DNA of 17,945 nt from positions 1 through 17,945 of the forward strand of contig JBFWJS010000010.1 of NCBI GenBank assembly GCA_050253075.1. The letters are read 5' to 3'. The notes beneath the pieces were generated by a model that saw nothing but the letters and a program-made list of their open reading frames with translations, was not told where the DNA came from and did not search any database. The translations under genes were made by a program, and so were the position numbers. Shown piece by piece: positions 15,548 through 17,945 of this stretch; the stretch's first letter is position 1, and each line of letters begins with the position of its first letter. The stretch is from Deferribacterales bacterium (lineage in GTDB: Bacteria; Chrysiogenota; Deferribacteres; Deferribacterales; Geovibrionaceae).

Positions 15548-17702
15548 ACGGATCTCTGTGCTTCTTCAGCTCTATCACGAACTTTGTGCCCGGGTTGAGA
15601 TTTTCAAAGTATAAGAGCCCCTTCATGTTCTGCTCTATGATGATCTTGGACATGTAGAGACCGACACCTGTGCCTCTCCCCTCTTCCTTTGTGGTGAAGT
15701 AAGGCTCAAAGATGCGCTCTGCGACATCATCCGGGATACCGTCGCCGTTGTCACACACGAATATCTTTACGGATGTTTCGAGCTCTTCCACGCCGACCTC
15801 GATGATCATCTCTTCTGATTTATCCTTACGGCTGTCTTCCACTGCGTCACGGGCGTTCTGCACAAGGTTCAGCAAAACCTGCTTAAACTCGTTCGGGAAG
15901 CCTTTTATGAAGGTGCATTTATCGTTTCTGCATTTGAATTCCTCTGCATTTTCGAAAGGAATCTTTGTCCCGTGGCAGTTCAGCAGAAGCTTTATGTTGT
16001 TCCGCACGAGCTGTACGCCAAGGAGAGTGACTGCGCTGAGGGTTTCGCTGCACACCTCAAAGACACGCTCGTCCTTATCAGGGCGGAAGAAGTTTTTGAA
16101 ATCATCGATGGTCTTAGACATAAAGTTTATCTGCTTCATAGACAGCCCGACGAGCTCCTGCAGATATTTTTCGTCCAGCTCACCGTGTTTAAAGGAATCT
16201 TCGAAGTCCTGAATGTATATTGCGATGGTGTTCAGAGGCTGACGCCACTGGTGTGCGATGGCACTCATCATCTGCCCCATAGCCGCCATCTTTGACTGCT
16301 GCATCATGAGACGTTCGTTCTGGCGTCTGCGGTGCACTTCCTGCTCCACTTTGTTTTCCAGATATTCCTGCCTGCGGTTGAGCAGCTCGCTCGCCTTTCT
16401 TCTGGATGTTACGTCCATGATAACGAGCTGGATGTATGTCTGACCCGAAATCTCGAGACGGCTTGCGGATATCTCCGCATTGAATACGTCGCCCCATGAT
16501 TTTACGAAATCGAGGTCGAAAGACCACTTTTTGGTCTTTGTCATTTTATTGATTATCTCTTTTACTTTATGCACATAGTCGTTTGTCACCAGCATCTCAA
16601 GGAACATCTGGTGCAGCTCCTCACGCTCGTATCCGAACTGGGTGACCATCTCGCCGTTCACGTCTACAATGCTTCCGTCCTCGCCTATAATGGCGATCGG
16701 GTTGTATGAGGTGTTGAAAAGTGTGCTGTATTTCTCCTGACTCTCTTTCAGCTCCAGCTGAACCTTCTCACGCTCTTCTATCTCTTTCTGAAGTTCGTGG
16801 TTTTTAAGGGTCAGTTCCTTAGTCTTACGCCTTATTTCCGAGCGCATGAGGAAGATTATGAGGATTATCACCAGCCCGGGGATCAGCAGTATGGCAAGGA
16901 GCATCTTCGCTGTTTTGAAATATCCGGGTTTCTGCGTACCGCCTATCCATTTCAGATAAGAGTTATAGTATGCAGAGTTTTCCTGATGCTTCATCTCTTT
17001 TATGTAAGGGTCCAGTTTTGCTATTATCTTGAACGACTTGGCATTATTCATAGGAAATGCGAAACGCACCTCAACAGGGTGTATGAGTATCGTGCTCTTT
17101 TCGACATTATATTTTGATGAGTTTGACATGCCGAAGAACCTGTTAACCAGACCGGCATCTGCATATCCGTGATTCAGCGCCTCAAGAACCTCGCCATAGT
17201 TGTCTGCGACATAGTATTTCACGTCCAGATTGAAGGCTCCGGCAAGGTACTTCATGCCGTATTTACCCGTGTAGTATATGTCGTCACGCAGGACGGCTAT
17301 GGTCAGCCCGTTCAGGTCGAGTATGGAATTCGCCCTTACGCCGTCGCGCAGGTATACCTGCCCCCAGTTGCTCACCACATTTTCGCTGTTGTACTGGACA
17401 ATCTCTGTCCGCTCAAGGGTGAAGCCCACGGGGAATGTCATATCTATTTCGGCACTTTGAACTTTATCAAATATCTCAGACCATGTTCCGAATACGTATT
17501 CGATCTCCCAGTCCTCTTTTTCGGCGATCTGCTCTAAGACTTCAGCCCCAAAGCCCGCAGCAGTCCCCTTTTCCGAACGGAACATCAGCGGATAGTTCTG
17601 ATATACTCCTACTTTGACGTGTAGTGGTTCAGCAGAGACAAATGGCACCGTTGTTATAAAAAGAACGATAAGGAATAAATTTATAATTTTTCTCATTCTC
17701 AT
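15489..17702 (-). CDS. Sensor histidine kinase (periplasmic solute-binding family 3-like domain, TM, coiled coil, PAS, HisKA, HATPase_c)
   Basis: Signal-like N-terminus, VKVGVYQNYP...GFGAEVLEQIA binding-protein fold, TM MLLAILLIPGLVIILIIFL, PAS ending in MDVTSRR, H-box IAHQWRQPL, N-box QVLLNLVQNARDA, DNGDGI, IFEPYFTTK, GTGVGLY. Start ambiguous (17705/17702/17696). Confidence 0.93.
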   Translation of the reverse strand: MRMRKIINLFLIVLFITTVPFVSAEPLHVKVGVYQNYPLMFRSEKGTAAGFGAEVLEQIAEKEDWEIEYVFGTWSEIFDKVQSAEIDMTFPVGFTLERTEIVQYNSENVVSNWGQVYLRDGVRANSILDLNGLTIAVLRDDIYYTGKYGMKYLAGAFNLDVKYYVADNYGEVLEALNHGYADAGLVNRFFGMSNSSKYNVEKSTILIHPVEVRFAFPMNNAKSFKIIAKLDPYIKEMKHQENSAYYNSYLKWIGGTQKPGYFKTAKMLLAILLIPGLVIILIIFLMRSEIRRKTKELTLKNHELQKEIEEREKVQLELKESQEKYSTLFNTSYNPIAIIGEDGSIVDVNGEMVTQFGYEREELHQMFLEMLVTNDYVHKVKEIINKMTKTKKWSFDLDFVKSWGDVFNAEISASRLEISGQTYIQLVIMDVTSRRKASELLNRRQEYLENKVEQEVHRRRQNERLMMQQSKMAAMGQMMSAIAHQWRQPLNTIAIYIQDFEDSFKHGELDEKYLQELVGLSMKQINFMSKTIDDFKNFFRPDKDERVFEVCSETLSAVTLLGVQLVRNNIKLLLNCHGTKIPFENAEEFKCRNDKCTFIKGFPNEFKQVLLNLVQNARDAVEDSRKDKSEEMIIEVGVEELETSVKIFVCDNGDGIPDDVAERIFEPYFTTKEEGRGTGVGLYMSKIIIEQNMKGLLYFENLNPGTKFVIELKKHRDPSNLIGIGSDSEQPQIENQE

Positions 17703-17805
17703 CACTTATTTGATTTTAGATTAATCTTATCAAAAACGAATGTAATTAACAATAAAATCGGCAAAAATGTGCAAATAGTATATCTCATTGTCAGATGTCT
17801 TCTTA

Positions 17806-17834
17806 TTGACAACAGGGGATTAAAAAACTAATAT
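17806..17834 (+). promoter_or_regulatory. Sigma70 promoter for the tRNA gene
   Basis: TTGACA-N17-TAATAT, 23 bp upstream of the tRNA. Confidence 0.7.
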
Positions 17835-17857
17835 TACACTTCATTTTTCGAGACAAC

Positions 17858-17940
17858 GCCGAAGTGGTGGAATTGGTAGACACGAGGGACTCAAAATCCC
17901 TTTTCCTTTGGAAGTGCGGGTTCGATTCCCGCCTTCGGCA
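17858..17940 (+). tRNA. tRNA-Leu (anticodon CAA)
   Basis: Acceptor stem GCCGAAG/CTTCGGC plus discriminator A. D-loop GGAATTGGTAGAC. Anticodon arm AGGGA-CT CAA AA-TCCCT. Long variable arm TTCC-TTT-GGAA. T-arm GCGGG-TTCGATT-CCCGC. The 3' CCA is not encoded. Confidence 0.97.
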
Positions 17941-17945
17941 CTCTT

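Overview
Bacterial chromosomal window, mostly housekeeping genes. The gene content and style suggest a Deferribacterota-like anaerobe, but that is an impression and not a search result. From left to right: a minus-strand operon yicC-gmk-rpoZ-coaBC-udg(family 4); a divergent long-form (483 aa) GAPDH; a 2.3-copy tandem array of a 100-bp multi-hairpin element starting at the gap stop codon; an orphan Ca2+-binding beta-roll protein built from 19-aa Trp-ladder repeats behind a sigma28-like promoter; a convergent MarR-MFS-cupin operon with two palindromic operators; then carA-mltG-unknown 2-TM protein-ppx/gppA-DUF445; a convergent orphan sensor kinase (periplasmic binding domain/PAS/HisKA/HATPase); and tRNA-Leu(CAA). 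The most unusual part is 5259-7550. It holds a structured repeat with a covarying base pair and strand-polarised G.U pairs, followed by an aromatic-rich 19-residue-coil RTX-like protein with no type I secretion genes nearby and features suggesting flagellar-regulon control or export.
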